Shown here piece by piece: positions 27,834 through 37,711 of a stretch of 64,000 bases of DNA. Under the pieces are notes generated by a model, which saw nothing but the letters and a program-made list of their open reading frames with translations, did no database searches and was not told where the DNA came from. Origin of the DNA: a phage. A program made the position numbers and the translations under genes. The stretch lies in NCBI GenBank assembly GCA_025830695.1, contig GCA_025830695.1_4111.1; one strand, given 5' to 3'. Position 1 is the stretch's first letter. Every line of letters begins with the position of its first letter.

Positions 27834-28421
27834 ATGTTTTTAAAAAATACTTATGAATTAATTAAAATGCTTCAAAATATGAATTCCGGTGGCTTGTTTC
27901 CCTATTACTCTGAGGATGAAACTCATCGTTTAGTCCTTAAATTGGATGAAACTGGACGTATTATATCACTAAGAACAACAGTCCCCAGTGTAGAACCAGT
28001 AATTACCAAATCAACTCAAAATTCAGGAACTGCTGTTAAAACACCACAAACATACAACTCTAATTACCAACAACCACAAATGTACACGATTAGCACTCCA
28101 CCTATTAAACGAGTTGCTTGTATTGTGAATATAAAAGTATCTAAGGACTATCGCGACTTAATATCAGTTGAATGGTCAGAACTAACATCATCATTAGCAA
28201 CAAATGGATTTGTAGTAACAAATACAGGTCTAGCACAAAATGTGAAAGAAGGACAACAGATCATGAGTGCATTGTATCTTAGTAATGGTTGTGTTATCAT
28301 CAATGGTAAGTTGTATAGCGATGCCGACCCCACTGCATTCACTGAAGATTTGATTGGTGATAAAGAATACAGCATTCTAGAAATTATGAATTTGAAAAAG
28401 GTATATGAAAACCATGACTAG
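27834..28421 (+). CDS. hypothetical protein
   Basis: ORF in track (27822..28421); ATG 27834 clears the terminator. Confidence 0.45.
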   Translation: MFLKNTYELIKMLQNMNSGGLFPYYSEDETHRLVLKLDETGRIISLRTTVPSVEPVITKSTQNSGTAVKTPQTYNSNYQQPQMYTISTPPIKRVACIVNIKVSKDYRDLISVEWSELTSSLATNGFVVTNTGLAQNVKEGQQIMSALYLSNGCVIINGKLYSDADPTAFTEDLIGDKEYSILEIMNLKKVYENHD

Positions 28422-28986
28422 ATTTCATCAGGATGATTTGCCATTTATCCAAGAACTAGAAGAACTGGTGATAAGTATTATGGATGAAATTAGTACTTGG
28501 GATATAACAGTTTTTCGAAATGTATATGATAAAGTTGTGAATTTTAAAAATGTTAATATTGAAGTAAAACATAATAATTTTTACTTAACAAAACAATTCA
28601 TTCTAACTCGACCAGGATCAAAGCCAGTTAAACGTAATTTATCATTCGGACACCTGATTGGTGCAGAAAATGTACATGATGAATGGGTTGATTCAATCTA
28701 TTCGTATACAAAAGAACTTATTCCTGATATTGAGAAAAAATATTATCTTAGTATCACATTAGATGAACAAGGAAAACTAAATGCGTATTCCATAAATTCA
28801 TCAGCACACGTTCCATTACATTCAACGTCAATTGGTGATAAACAATTACTAATCGATTCATCAACATGGCACAATAGGGAAAGTTTCTCCGCTGAAACTT
28901 TTCAGTACTCGGTATCTGAACCAAAGTCTCCATTTGATTTTGTGTTTGTTAATAACATCCTTTTACGTTTTGGTGTAGGAGTCTAA
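28405..28986 (+). CDS. hypothetical protein
   Basis: 193-aa ORF. Confidence 0.5.
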   Translation: MKTMTRFHQDDLPFIQELEELVISIMDEISTWDITVFRNVYDKVVNFKNVNIEVKHNNFYLTKQFILTRPGSKPVKRNLSFGHLIGAENVHDEWVDSIYSYTKELIPDIEKKYYLSITLDEQGKLNAYSINSSAHVPLHSTSIGDKQLLIDSSTWHNRESFSAETFQYSVSEPKSPFDFVFVNNILLRFGVGV

Positions 28987-28988
28987 TT

Positions 28989-29342
28989 ATGCTAATTTAT
29001 TTGAGTGTTCTTGTTATTTCATTACTGGTATCATTAGCAGTACTGAAAGCTGTTGCCATCGGTCGTAGTAAAATTGACAGTACTGAAACGAGTTCCGTTC
29101 TAGATTTGATTATGGATCATCCTAAAGTCTGTGGTATTATTGTATTGTTTGTTATTCTGATTAATACGTATATTGTCAGGGATCATTTATATAATATGTA
29201 TGATTGTAGTGTTAGATCTATATCACAAGGTGTTGAAACTGACTATAGCTGGTACTATGAGAAATGTAGATTTAAAAATCAGCATGGTATTTGGGTTGAT
29301 TTTGACAAACTACGTGGAACTCCTTCAGGAGAAGAAGAATAA
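28989..29342 (+). CDS. membrane-anchored hypothetical protein
   Basis: 117-aa ORF with N-terminal TM. Confidence 0.5.
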   Translation: MLIYLSVLVISLLVSLAVLKAVAIGRSKIDSTETSSVLDLIMDHPKVCGIIVLFVILINTYIVRDHLYNMYDCSVRSISQGVETDYSWYYEKCRFKNQHGIWVDFDKLRGTPSGEEE

Positions 29343-29344
29343 TT

Positions 29345-29836
29345 ATGTTTGAGTTCCCAGAAGAGTCATTTGACTTTATTGACCCTACTGATGATGGATA
29401 CCGACACATTAACATTTATAGTAAAGCTAGAACTAAGTTAGGTAGAGATCTATCTAACTTTTCTTCACATAGCTTCACACTTGAGCCATATGGTTGGTTC
29501 CCTTCAGTTGAAACATTTTACTTTTGGTTTTTAACTGGGCAAAAACATGATGACCTTAGAAAAGTATCTGGTGCAGCAGCAAAAGCAGCCGCTAACAAAT
29601 ATATGCATGATCGAATTGAAATGACGGATGATTGTATTTCTATTATTCAAGATGCTATTTGTGCTAAGATAATTCAAAATCCAGAGTTAGCCGAAAGATT
29701 AAGAAAAAGCAAGTTACCTTTTTACCATTACTATGTATATGGTGGTAAAGTTGTAGATGTATCCGACGAACATGATTGGTTTGTTAAAACATTCGAATAT
29801 ATAAGAACGGTGTTAAAGGAAAACTATAATGGGTAA
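29345..29836 (+). CDS. hypothetical protein (possibly NADAR/YbiA-like; unverified)
   Basis: LSNF ... W.PSVETFYFW loosely resembles the DUF1768 signature. Confidence 0.45.
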   Translation: MFEFPEESFDFIDPTDDGYRHINIYSKARTKLGRDLSNFSSHSFTLEPYGWFPSVETFYFWFLTGQKHDDLRKVSGAAAKAAANKYMHDRIEMTDDCISIIQDAICAKIIQNPELAERLRKSKLPFYHYYVYGGKVVDVSDEHDWFVKTFEYIRTVLKENYNG

Positions 29837-30107
29837 ATGTTGGGTATGCTTCAAGGTGTTTGATGAAGAATATGAAATAATATTAGATGTATTGCCACAG
29901 CAGTACATGGTGTGTAATGAAAAATACAAATTGGACACCTACCCGACCCCCAAGTACATGGGAATATGTCCTTTGTGTGATGCAAATGGCGTGTCCAATA
30001 GTGAGATTTCATTCACTAACCAAGCCACAACTAACTGTGTATCTGGGTATATAAGAGAGAATCGAGAATATTTTATTAGGAGATTATATGAACGACAAAA
30101 TCTTTGA
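29829..30107 (+). CDS. small Cys-rich protein (putative zinc ribbon)
   Basis: CWVC ... CPLC pairs. Confidence 0.45.
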   Translation: MGKCWVCFKVFDEEYEIILDVLPQQYMVCNEKYKLDTYPTPKYMGICPLCDANGVSNSEISFTNQATTNCVSGYIRENREYFIRRLYERQNL

Positions 30108-30318
30108 TACATATGACATCGATACTTTACTAACACCATCTGATAACAGTACTGTTAAAATGGACATGTACTGGATTGTCGTTGATAAAAAAGTATTTAG
30201 ACATAAAATTACTAAAGTTTGGCAATGTAATAAAAACAAATCTATTGTTGAAGGATTGGCACAATGCATTCCTAATGCAGAGGTTTTATTTTTACCATAT
30301 GCATATACAAAGGAATAA
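30088..30318 (+). CDS. hypothetical protein
   Basis: 76-aa ORF. Confidence 0.4.
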   Translation: MNDKIFDTYDIDTLLTPSDNSTVKMDMYWIVVDKKVFRHKITKVWQCNKNKSIVEGLAQCIPNAEVLFLPYAYTKE

Positions 30319-30319
30319 A

Positions 30320-30481
30320 ATGAAAAAAACTTGGAAAATATTCACAATACCTGCTATAATGTTGTTATTGGCACTTTTCACACCGCAGAGTCATGTATTG
30401 TCTCTTAACATTGTGGAAATAATTCTTCTTGTAATTCACTGTGTCGTGTGTTATAATTATGTAAAAGGTGATAAAGAATGA
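30320..30481 (+). CDS. small membrane protein
   Basis: internal ATG of track ORF 30176..30481, with AAGGA RBS and hydrophobic core. Confidence 0.4.
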   Translation: MKKTWKIFTIPAIMLLLALFTPQSHVLSLNIVEIILLVIHCVVCYNYVKGDKE

Positions 30482-30900
30482 AGTTCTTTAAAATTCGAAT
30501 TGGTGTAAGTTCTGGTTTATCTCATTGGGTATTTTATGATTTACCTGATAGTTATACTATTGATGATGTAATTGATTTATATACCGAAGATCAACAATGG
30601 GTGTTAGATACCGAAACACATAGAATTGATTGTCAAGAGATTAGTGAAGAAGATTACAAACACGGAAAGCAAGCCATGAAGTATTTTGAAACAAATATCA
30701 AAATGCTGACTGAAAACGTATTTCCAGTAAAAGAATGGGCAATTTTACTTGCTAATCCTAAAAAACCTGTTAGAATTGGTTATCCAAATTTTCATATGGT
30801 GTATCGTATGAATGATAAGCGAGAGCTTAACTATCAATACGATTACGATTCATCTAAGTTTGGAGTTCTTAAACAATTTTTAAAGGCTTATCCAGTATGA
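30478..30900 (+). CDS. hypothetical protein
   Basis: 140-aa ORF. Confidence 0.5.
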   Translation: MKFFKIRIGVSSGLSHWVFYDLPDSYTIDDVIDLYTEDQQWVLDTETHRIDCQEISEEDYKHGKQAMKYFETNIKMLTENVFPVKEWAILLANPKKPVRIGYPNFHMVYRMNDKRELNYQYDYDSSKFGVLKQFLKAYPV

Positions 30901-31232
30901 GTGAAGATAGTAAAGAGTATATTTTACGTTGTTCTTGTGGCGATAAAATGGAGCATTGCGTTCACATTGCACAATTTGACTTGACAGAGGAATATGGAGA
31001 TGATAAACTTGGTCAATGTCTGATAAGTATGCGTTTAAATCCTTTTTTAAAATGGTATAACCGTGTATGGGTTGCAGTAAAGTATGTTTTTGGTGTAAAC
31101 GACTATCAATATGTAGAAGCAACAATTGATGTTGACATTCTAAAAGAAGTTGTGTTACAATTAGAAGATACTAGAACTGATGAGGTTAAAAAAGAACAAA
31201 GAGAAAAACGTACTGATGTGAAGGTTTTATGA
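30897..31232 (+). CDS. hypothetical protein
   Basis: 111-aa ORF. Confidence 0.45.
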   Translation: MSEDSKEYILRCSCGDKMEHCVHIAQFDLTEEYGDDKLGQCLISMRLNPFLKWYNRVWVAVKYVFGVNDYQYVEATIDVDILKEVVLQLEDTRTDEVKKEQREKRTDVKVL

Positions 31233-31423
31233 GTACTGAACTTTATGAAAAAAAGTACTGTACAAATTGCTCAACTGAGTATACAATACAAGGTATGTTG
31301 ATTTGTACAATATGTCAGTCAAAGAAATCAGCAACTTTCATCGTTGATGATAGATTTGGTGATTTGAAACAGTTTAAAGCAAACCGCAATCTTCGTATTT
31401 TTAGCAATCTAAATAAGGAATAA
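31229..31423 (+). CDS. small zinc-ribbon protein
   Basis: CTNC ... CTIC pairs. Confidence 0.45.
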   Translation: MSTELYEKKYCTNCSTEYTIQGMLICTICQSKKSATFIVDDRFGDLKQFKANRNLRIFSNLNKE

Positions 31424-31426
31424 TAT

Positions 31427-31855
31427 ATGAATATCGAACAAACTATCCGTGAACATTCTTTCTTCGCTCCAGAAACTGGTCGTGTTATTGAGAGCGTCAA
31501 AATCGAAGAACTAATGGTCAATGTTAAATACAAAGAACCAAATGATGAGATTAGCAGTACTTTTTGTGCTCTACGTGCACCATTCCGTAATGAAAAAGCT
31601 AAGAAACCAGCATATGTTCTTGCCATTGCACTGGGTTGTGTTGTAAAACTTGCAGTTGATGAAAATCTTCTGAATATTAAAGTTGCACCAAGCAATGACG
31701 ATGAAAACATTGATTTGAACTTTGATGGTTCTCTTGATGAAGATGTATTTTTCCAACAGTCACTTGTTTACGACTTCCGTACAGTGACACATTCTCACAT
31801 CAAGTTCATTAATGAAATGGTTGAGATTGTTGCTGAATACGAAGAATCTCTCTAA
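31427..31855 (+). CDS. EE-FFQ-S family small protein (paralogue 1)
   Basis: C-terminal DEDVFFQQSLVYD motif. Confidence 0.55.
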   Translation: MNIEQTIREHSFFAPETGRVIESVKIEELMVNVKYKEPNDEISSTFCALRAPFRNEKAKKPAYVLAIALGCVVKLAVDENLLNIKVAPSNDDENIDLNFDGSLDEDVFFQQSLVYDFRTVTHSHIKFINEMVEIVAEYEESL

Positions 31856-31865
31856 GTAAATACAA

Positions 31866-31889
31866 AAGCCTCCATTATGGAGGCTTTTA
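31866..31889 (+). terminator. rho-independent terminator
   Basis: AAGCCTCCA-TTA-TGGAGGCTT + TT. Confidence 0.65.
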
Positions 31890-31908
31890 TCACATAAGGA
31901 AATGAAAT

Positions 31909-32460
31909 ATGATAGACCAAATTAAAATCCTTACAAAGCAAATCACTGATTTTCTTTCTGATAAAGATGGATTTAATACAGAAGTAAAAATGCACGGTGT
32001 TAGTGTTGATGTAATTGCACCAAATGGTAATGTAACAAGTTACGACATGTATGAATTACTTCTTTATACTCTAGCAGTACGTAAACTAGGTAGTGATATT
32101 GAACTCAATATCAATACTGATGAAAGTGGGAATAAAATTTTTGCAATCAACACCAGTGCTAAATTCGATATCAGTACTGAAATTAAAAAAATAAATGAAA
32201 GTTTTATTGGCTTTAAGCATGAATCAATTCAAAGTGTTTTTATTGGAAAGCAAACTTCTAATAGTGAATGCCCATATTGTGTAATGACTTTATATAAAGA
32301 TGGAAACTGGATGCGTCAAGATTTAGTATTTGCTGAACTTCTGTATGCATTTACACATGAACTTAAAATCGAATTGGACGATAGTGTTTATTGCTTTAAG
32401 AAAATTCGAAATATAACTAAAGATATACAAACCCAACTTAAAGAATTAAATGATAAATAA
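31909..32460 (+). CDS. hypothetical protein
   Basis: 183-aa ORF. Confidence 0.5.
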   Translation: MIDQIKILTKQITDFLSDKDGFNTEVKMHGVSVDVIAPNGNVTSYDMYELLLYTLAVRKLGSDIELNINTDESGNKIFAINTSAKFDISTEIKKINESFIGFKHESIQSVFIGKQTSNSECPYCVMTLYKDGNWMRQDLVFAELLYAFTHELKIELDDSVYCFKKIRNITKDIQTQLKELNDK

Positions 32461-32576
32461 ATATACCAGAAATGGTTAACATATCATGTTACTTTCCTCC
32501 CTTACATAATAATGATGCGTTATTATATTTTCATTTTGTTCTTATTCCCCTTTTGGTACAAAATCATTTTAGTACT

Positions 32577-32599
32577 GCCCCGATCTTCGGGGCATTTTT
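32577..32599 (+). terminator. rho-independent terminator
   Basis: GCCCCGA-TCTTC-GGGGC + ATTTTT. Confidence 0.6.
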
Positions 32600-32620
32600 C
32601 TTATCTAAAATTGAGGATAT

Positions 32621-33016
32621 ATGAAGAACAATATTGGAACTTCAATAATTAAACCACTTTCTTATTACCTTGAAAAATTTAGAAGCACAAATGGTAATAA
32701 ATTTAATAATATATTTCAGTTCTCTCATAAAGAATATATTACAATTGATCATTTTTCAAAGAAACTAATGTATGTAAATGATAATAGTCATATTATTAAA
32801 TTATCATTCGATATTGAGTTAGATAAATTAACATTTACGGAATACATTAATCAAAAAACTTCTTTTTTATGTCAATACAATAGGAAAGTATATAGTAATA
32901 TTTCTATGTATCTAAATGATGAATATCACTTTCAACAATCTACAATAGAAGAAGTATTGTTCAGTACTGAAGAATTAAAAGAACTATATTACTGGTATAA
33001 TTATTTCACATCTTGA
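32621..33016 (+). CDS. EE-FFQ-S family small protein (paralogue 2)
   Basis: DEYHFQQSTIEE. Confidence 0.55.
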   Translation: MKNNIGTSIIKPLSYYLEKFRSTNGNKFNNIFQFSHKEYITIDHFSKKLMYVNDNSHIIKLSFDIELDKLTFTEYINQKTSFLCQYNRKVYSNISMYLNDEYHFQQSTIEEVLFSTEELKELYYWYNYFTS

Positions 33017-33071
33017 CATTATTGTGGGTTTATCCTACAATACATGATGATGCTGCATTGAGGATAAATTT

Positions 33072-33482
33072 ATGAGTTTAGATTTACACAATGAACTAAA
33101 ATATTTTTTAGATTTGGACATATCAGAATTGAACCACCACGTCAATCATATGACTAGTACTGTATGGTGGTCTAATGATCAAGACGACCCAATTATCCAA
33201 CTAAGTGATGAATCGTCAATTATGCGATTTTATAAGATTAATTATAAAAAGAACATCAAGATCACATATGTACCATACAAAAACATACTACTAGTCGAAA
33301 CACTTAATCCAAGTTCTTTATTAAAAATCACAGATTTAGATACATTACAAACAAGTGAATCTTTATTCCAACGTTCATTAGTTGATGATCTTGGTGGTAT
33401 TACTTTTGAAGATATATTACAATTGAAGAATATGTATAGTGAATTGTTGGAGATTAAAAACACTTTAGTAATGGGGAATTGA
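33072..33482 (+). CDS. EE-FFQ-S family small protein (paralogue 3)
   Basis: SESLFQRSLVDDLGGITFED. Confidence 0.55.
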   Translation: MSLDLHNELKYFLDLDISELNHHVNHMTSTVWWSNDQDDPIIQLSDESSIMRFYKINYKKNIKITYVPYKNILLVETLNPSSLLKITDLDTLQTSESLFQRSLVDDLGGITFEDILQLKNMYSELLEIKNTLVMGN

Positions 33483-33483
33483 T

Positions 33484-33888
33484 ATGGTAAGTTTACTAGA
33501 TATTGATAATACCAGTTTAGTGCTGGTGAAAAAAGGTTTAATTCCCAATTCTACAAAAATTGATTATGCTGTTATTGAAACAAATATTGGAAATATCTGG
33601 TACGACTCTGAAAGGGATATTGTGTTTAGCTGTGTAGACAGTGATCGATCTGAATGTTGTAGAGTCGGTCATGACGGACAATTTGTTTTTGAATTTCGTT
33701 ATTGGAAGGACGCAAAATTTCACCAAGAACTGGTTGCTTTGTCAAATGAACTATATACAGAAGAATCGTTCTTCATGGCTAGTACTATTAATGATTTTGG
33801 TTCAGTTACATTTGAGTACTATAAAAAGATATACGCACTATCCAGAGAAGTTATGAAAATTATCAGAACTGCTGAAGGTAAAGAATAA
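33484..33888 (+). CDS. EE-FFQ-S family small protein (paralogue 4)
   Basis: EESFFMASTINDFGSVTFE. Confidence 0.55.
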   Translation: MVSLLDIDNTSLVLVKKGLIPNSTKIDYAVIETNIGNIWYDSERDIVFSCVDSDRSECCRVGHDGQFVFEFRYWKDAKFHQELVALSNELYTEESFFMASTINDFGSVTFEYYKKIYALSREVMKIIRTAEGKE

Positions 33889-33889
33889 C

Positions 33890-34267
33890 ATGACTACTAT
33901 ATATGATATTTTGGGTGTTCTGAGTAGAAATATAGATGATGATTTTGTTATTGTTCAAGATACTAGAAATACATTTCAACTACCAATAGGTTCACCAGAT
34001 AGGTTAATTTTTAATAGATACTCAAATGAACTAACTTACATCCATGATGGGATTGCAATTGTATCAGTTTCTATAAACGACTATACAATACGATATGTAT
34101 ATGACTTCAACGATTATTGTACAAGAATCCACAGTATTGATATTTCCGAAGAGGAACTATTCCAATTGTCATTGATTGAGAAAAATGTAATAGGAATTAC
34201 AGAAATTGGTATTATTAAAAAAGCATTAAACTATACAAATATAAGAATTAATGGTGGGTGCAGATGA
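33890..34267 (+). CDS. EE-FFQ-S family small protein (paralogue 5)
   Basis: EEELFQLSLIEKNVIGITE. Confidence 0.55.
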   Translation: MTTIYDILGVLSRNIDDDFVIVQDTRNTFQLPIGSPDRLIFNRYSNELTYIHDGIAIVSVSINDYTIRYVYDFNDYCTRIHSIDISEEELFQLSLIEKNVIGITEIGIIKKALNYTNIRINGGCR

Positions 34268-34719
34268 ATGTTGACGAAATAAAAAATCATTTTGAAATTG
34301 CAATGTCATGTGAATTTGACACACAACGTGTTCATGACCCGAAAGAACATATACGCATTTGTTGTGAATTGTCAGATGATTGTAATATTTTTATTGGAAA
34401 AACCTATGACATGATCGATCTTTCATGTATAGATCCATTGGAAAGAAAAACAAAATATTTATATCTGTACAACACAACATCAGATACGATTGCAATACAA
34501 CTAATATCAACCACAACATCCCAAAGTTATTATAACATAACTGAGGTTAGTAGTTTAACGTTAACCGAAGAAGGATTCTTTCAACAATCGCTTATTCGTG
34601 AAATTGGTGTTAGTTATGATGAGTTAAATGTATTAGTAGATTGTTTCGAAAAATTGAGTACTTTTGTATTATCCCTTTTTAATATACAGTCGCAAAATCC
34701 AATGGTGGTGAAATGCTAA
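34258..34719 (+). CDS. EE-FFQ-S family small protein (paralogue 6)
   Basis: EEGFFQQSLIREIGVSYDE. Confidence 0.55.
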   Translation: MQMNVDEIKNHFEIAMSCEFDTQRVHDPKEHIRICCELSDDCNIFIGKTYDMIDLSCIDPLERKTKYLYLYNTTSDTIAIQLISTTTSQSYYNITEVSSLTLTEEGFFQQSLIREIGVSYDELNVLVDCFEKLSTFVLSLFNIQSQNPMVVKC

Positions 34720-35153
34720 ATCCAAGTAAATTTCTCCACTTACTTTCGATAACATCAATACCGGATCTTACCAGTGAAACTAATGAATATCGTGAAGCTG
34801 GGGTGGTGTCTATGGAACTCGATACATTTGACCACAAATGCTATGTGACATATGACCCACCGCGTTATGGTAAAGAACATTCTTCTTTTATTTTTGTATT
34901 CGTATACACTGTATATGATAATACAACACTTGATGATGTTTGTATTGACACTTACGAAATTTGTGATAATATCATAACTGATGACAACAATAACTCATTT
35001 GATATGTCACTATATAACACAGAAGAATCGTTGTTTCAACTTAGTACTGTTATTGATGCACCATCATTAGAAGATATAAAACAATTTCAAGAACATCTTG
35101 ACGCAGTTCGTGAGATGTTCTATAATCATTATCCAGAAGTAGAGTTCAATTAA
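34713..35153 (+). CDS. EE-FFQ-S family small protein (paralogue 7)
   Basis: EESLFQLSTVIDAPSLED. Confidence 0.55.
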   Translation: MLNPSKFLHLLSITSIPDLTSETNEYREAGVVSMELDTFDHKCYVTYDPPRYGKEHSSFIFVFVYTVYDNTTLDDVCIDTYEICDNIITDDNNNSFDMSLYNTEESLFQLSTVIDAPSLEDIKQFQEHLDAVREMFYNHYPEVEFN

Positions 35154-35167
35154 CTAAAGGTAATAAG

Positions 35168-35428
35168 ATGACTAAAGTAGTTCGTAAACGCCACATGATG
35201 AACATGGATGAATTTCGCACATTTGACAAATATCGTACTATGTTTCGTATGCTTTCACAGGGCCGTCCAATCGTCATTGTAACAGAGAATTACATGTCAC
35301 CTGAGATTATGTTTGGTAATTATGAAAAGGTCTTCATGTTGTACGTGAAGCGTGGATTACTTACAATCAAGACATTAGCTGAAGCAACTGATGAAGATAT
35401 GGATGGTGATAATACCTTTACCATGTGA
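35168..35428 (+). CDS. hypothetical protein
   Basis: 86-aa ORF. Confidence 0.45.
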   Translation: MTKVVRKRHMMNMDEFRTFDKYRTMFRMLSQGRPIVIVTENYMSPEIMFGNYEKVFMLYVKRGLLTIKTLAEATDEDMDGDNTFTM

Positions 35429-35467
35429 GGAAATATATGTCTGAAAAGCCAAAAGAACCATTAGATC

Positions 35468-35758
35468 GTGATGATGATTTTTATGACGAACGATATGGAG
35501 ATGATGATGAGTGAACATAGTGCTGTGCTTAAAAAGATTTTAAAGGAACTTGATGGTGAGTTTAATGTCACAGAAGAAGACTATCAGCATTGGAAGAAAG
35601 GTTTTGAACAACTAACCGAGTATGATAAAGTGTTCAATATGATTGGCGTAATTAGCCAGTACTTACTCGGTGGAGGACGTGCAAGTGCTTCAATTCTGGC
35701 ATCTGCAATCATCTGTACATCACGATGGTGTGATGAAAAAAGTTTGGAAGATTTCTAA
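35468..35758 (+). CDS. hypothetical protein (start uncertain)
   Basis: 96-aa ORF with several in-frame Met. Confidence 0.4.
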   Translation: MMMIFMTNDMEMMMSEHSAVLKKILKELDGEFNVTEEDYQHWKKGFEQLTEYDKVFNMIGVISQYLLGGGRASASILASAIICTSRWCDEKSLEDF

Positions 35759-35810
35759 ATAAGATGCTATAATATATTATAGTACCTTAACAATATAAAA
35801 AGGATTTTAT

Positions 35811-36671
35811 ATGAAACCTATCCGAGTACTTTCTCTTTTTAATGGAATGAGTGTGGGATATATGGCATTGCAAGATGCTGGTATCCCAGTTGAAAAATAT
35901 TATTCATCCGAAATTGATAAGTACGCAATAGCTGAATCTCAATCTAACTTTCCTGATATTATCCAATTGGGTGATGTAACTAAGTGGAGAGAATGGGATA
36001 TTGAGTGGGACAAAATAGATTTATTAATGGGTGGTTTCCCATGCCAAGCCTGGTCAGTTGCAGGTAAACAGGGTGGTTTAAATGATATACGTGGGCAGTT
36101 ATTTTTAGTAATGGTTGAAATTTTTGATCATATCAAAAGTCTCAATCCTAACTTGAAATTTCTGTTTGAAAATGTTAAAATGAAGGAAGATTTCAAAGAA
36201 TACATTAATAGTATTTTAGGAATCACGCCAGTACTGATAAACTCCCAGCATTATACGCCTCACTTCAGGCAGAGATATTACTGGTACAGTACTGATAAGC
36301 TTTTTATACCACCTGCATTATCCAATGCACCTAAACTTCAAGATATTATTGAAGATGGTTGGTACACTGACAGAACCGCTTCGTACTGTATAGATGCTAA
36401 CTATTTTAAAGGTGGTGATTGTAACCAGTACTTTAATAAATCCAGACGACAATTGGTGTTTCGTGACCCAGTGATCAGTCGTCAATATCTATTAGAGAAT
36501 GGCAAAAGAAATATTGACTATAGACACTTAAGTGTAGTAGAATGTTGTAAATTACAGGGTGTTCCTGAAGATTTCTTTAAAGTGTCTAGTAAGACACAAG
36601 CATACAAAATGCTTGGGAATGGATGGACTATGCCAGTTATATCACATTTACTAAGAGAGATATTCTTTTGA
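35811..36671 (+). CDS. DNA (cytosine-5)-methyltransferase
   Basis: motif I LFNGMSVG, motif IV GGFPCQAWS (catalytic Cys), motif VI ENV; 286 aa. Confidence 0.8.
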   Translation: MKPIRVLSLFNGMSVGYMALQDAGIPVEKYYSSEIDKYAIAESQSNFPDIIQLGDVTKWREWDIEWDKIDLLMGGFPCQAWSVAGKQGGLNDIRGQLFLVMVEIFDHIKSLNPNLKFLFENVKMKEDFKEYINSILGITPVLINSQHYTPHFRQRYYWYSTDKLFIPPALSNAPKLQDIIEDGWYTDRTASYCIDANYFKGGDCNQYFNKSRRQLVFRDPVISRQYLLENGKRNIDYRHLSVVECCKLQGVPEDFFKVSSKTQAYKMLGNGWTMPVISHLLREIFF

Positions 36672-37153
36672 ACATAAACAAATACCAAACTTATATAAAA
36701 CGTACAGAAAGTTTCAAACGGCTGGCTGTAAAATCTGAATTAGAATTTAATTTGTATTATCCTAATATTGGTGATGAGGTATTTTATTGCTCTCATTCAA
36801 AGAATGGAACTTTACTTAAATCGGGTAAAGGAACTATTGTTGATATGACCGCAAATTTCAGAGGTAAACTTAATGTAATGTACAAAGTACAAGATTCAAG
36901 TACTGAGTGTATTCATGAAGTGATGCATAACATACCTGCATATCCAAAAGATTTTGTTCAGCTAATATCTCGAAGGGAGAAACCTATGTTTTATTGTGGT
37001 TACGATAAATTAACCAAACAAATTATTCCTAATACTATGGGAAAATTTAAAAGTGATGTGAAATCTGAACTTGAAAAGAAATTTGGCACGTCATGGGAAA
37101 CTGAAAACGAGTTTATCGAAATTCGTTTAATTGAAATTACTATACTTGAATAA
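36623..37153 (+). CDS. hypothetical protein (start uncertain, possibly TTG 36668)
   Basis: ORF overlaps the methyltransferase 3' end. Confidence 0.4.
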   Translation: MDYASYITFTKRDILLNINKYQTYIKRTESFKRLAVKSELEFNLYYPNIGDEVFYCSHSKNGTLLKSGKGTIVDMTANFRGKLNVMYKVQDSSTECIHEVMHNIPAYPKDFVQLISRREKPMFYCGYDKLTKQIIPNTMGKFKSDVKSELEKKFGTSWETENEFIEIRLIEITILE

Positions 37154-37157
37154 TTAC

Positions 37158-37182
37158 AAATCCACGCATTGCGTGGATTTTT
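37158..37182 (+). terminator. rho-independent terminator
   Basis: ATCCACGC-ATT-GCGTGGAT + TTTTC. Confidence 0.65.
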
Positions 37183-37195
37183 CATAGGTGCATAT

Positions 37196-37711
37196 ATGCC
37201 AATTCCTTATGTTAAAATTATTAATAATATTCTCGATTCATGGGAAGATGTTATTACTGGTAAAAAGAAACCATCACCAGTACATGCTTTATCTGGGAAA
37301 CTTCAATTCAGAATGTCAAACCAAACTGAAACATTTAATAATCATGATATTTGCATTACATTAAAAACACCTGTTAGTATTGTAATTAAAAAAAATAAAG
37401 ATGATGAATTGACATTATCTATTGGTCGTGATAAAATCATTTTAAGTAATTTGTCTGAAGAAGAATTCTTTCAAAGAAGTACTATTATCGATATGAAAGA
37501 TTTCACATATGAATCATTGGTTGAACTCAATACACGTTTTAACGATATTCAGGAACGATTGCGACCAATTCTTCGTATCGAAGAAGAAGCCTGGATTGAA
37601 AGTATTAGGAAGATGCAAGAAATGTTGAAAGAAAATATTAACAATCTGGGTAAAGCTACAATGGAATTTGGTAAAACTTTTAAACTGAACTTTTCAAAGG
37701 ATCGTAAATGA
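37196..37711 (+). CDS. EE-FFQ-S family small protein (paralogue 8)
   Basis: SEEEFFQRSTIIDMKDFTYE; ORF in track (37169..37711), start moved to ATG 37196 past the terminator. Confidence 0.55.
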   Translation: MPIPYVKIINNILDSWEDVITGKKKPSPVHALSGKLQFRMSNQTETFNNHDICITLKTPVSIVIKKNKDDELTLSIGRDKIILSNLSEEEFFQRSTIIDMKDFTYESLVELNTRFNDIQERLRPILRIEEEAWIESIRKMQEMLKENINNLGKATMEFGKTFKLNFSKDRK

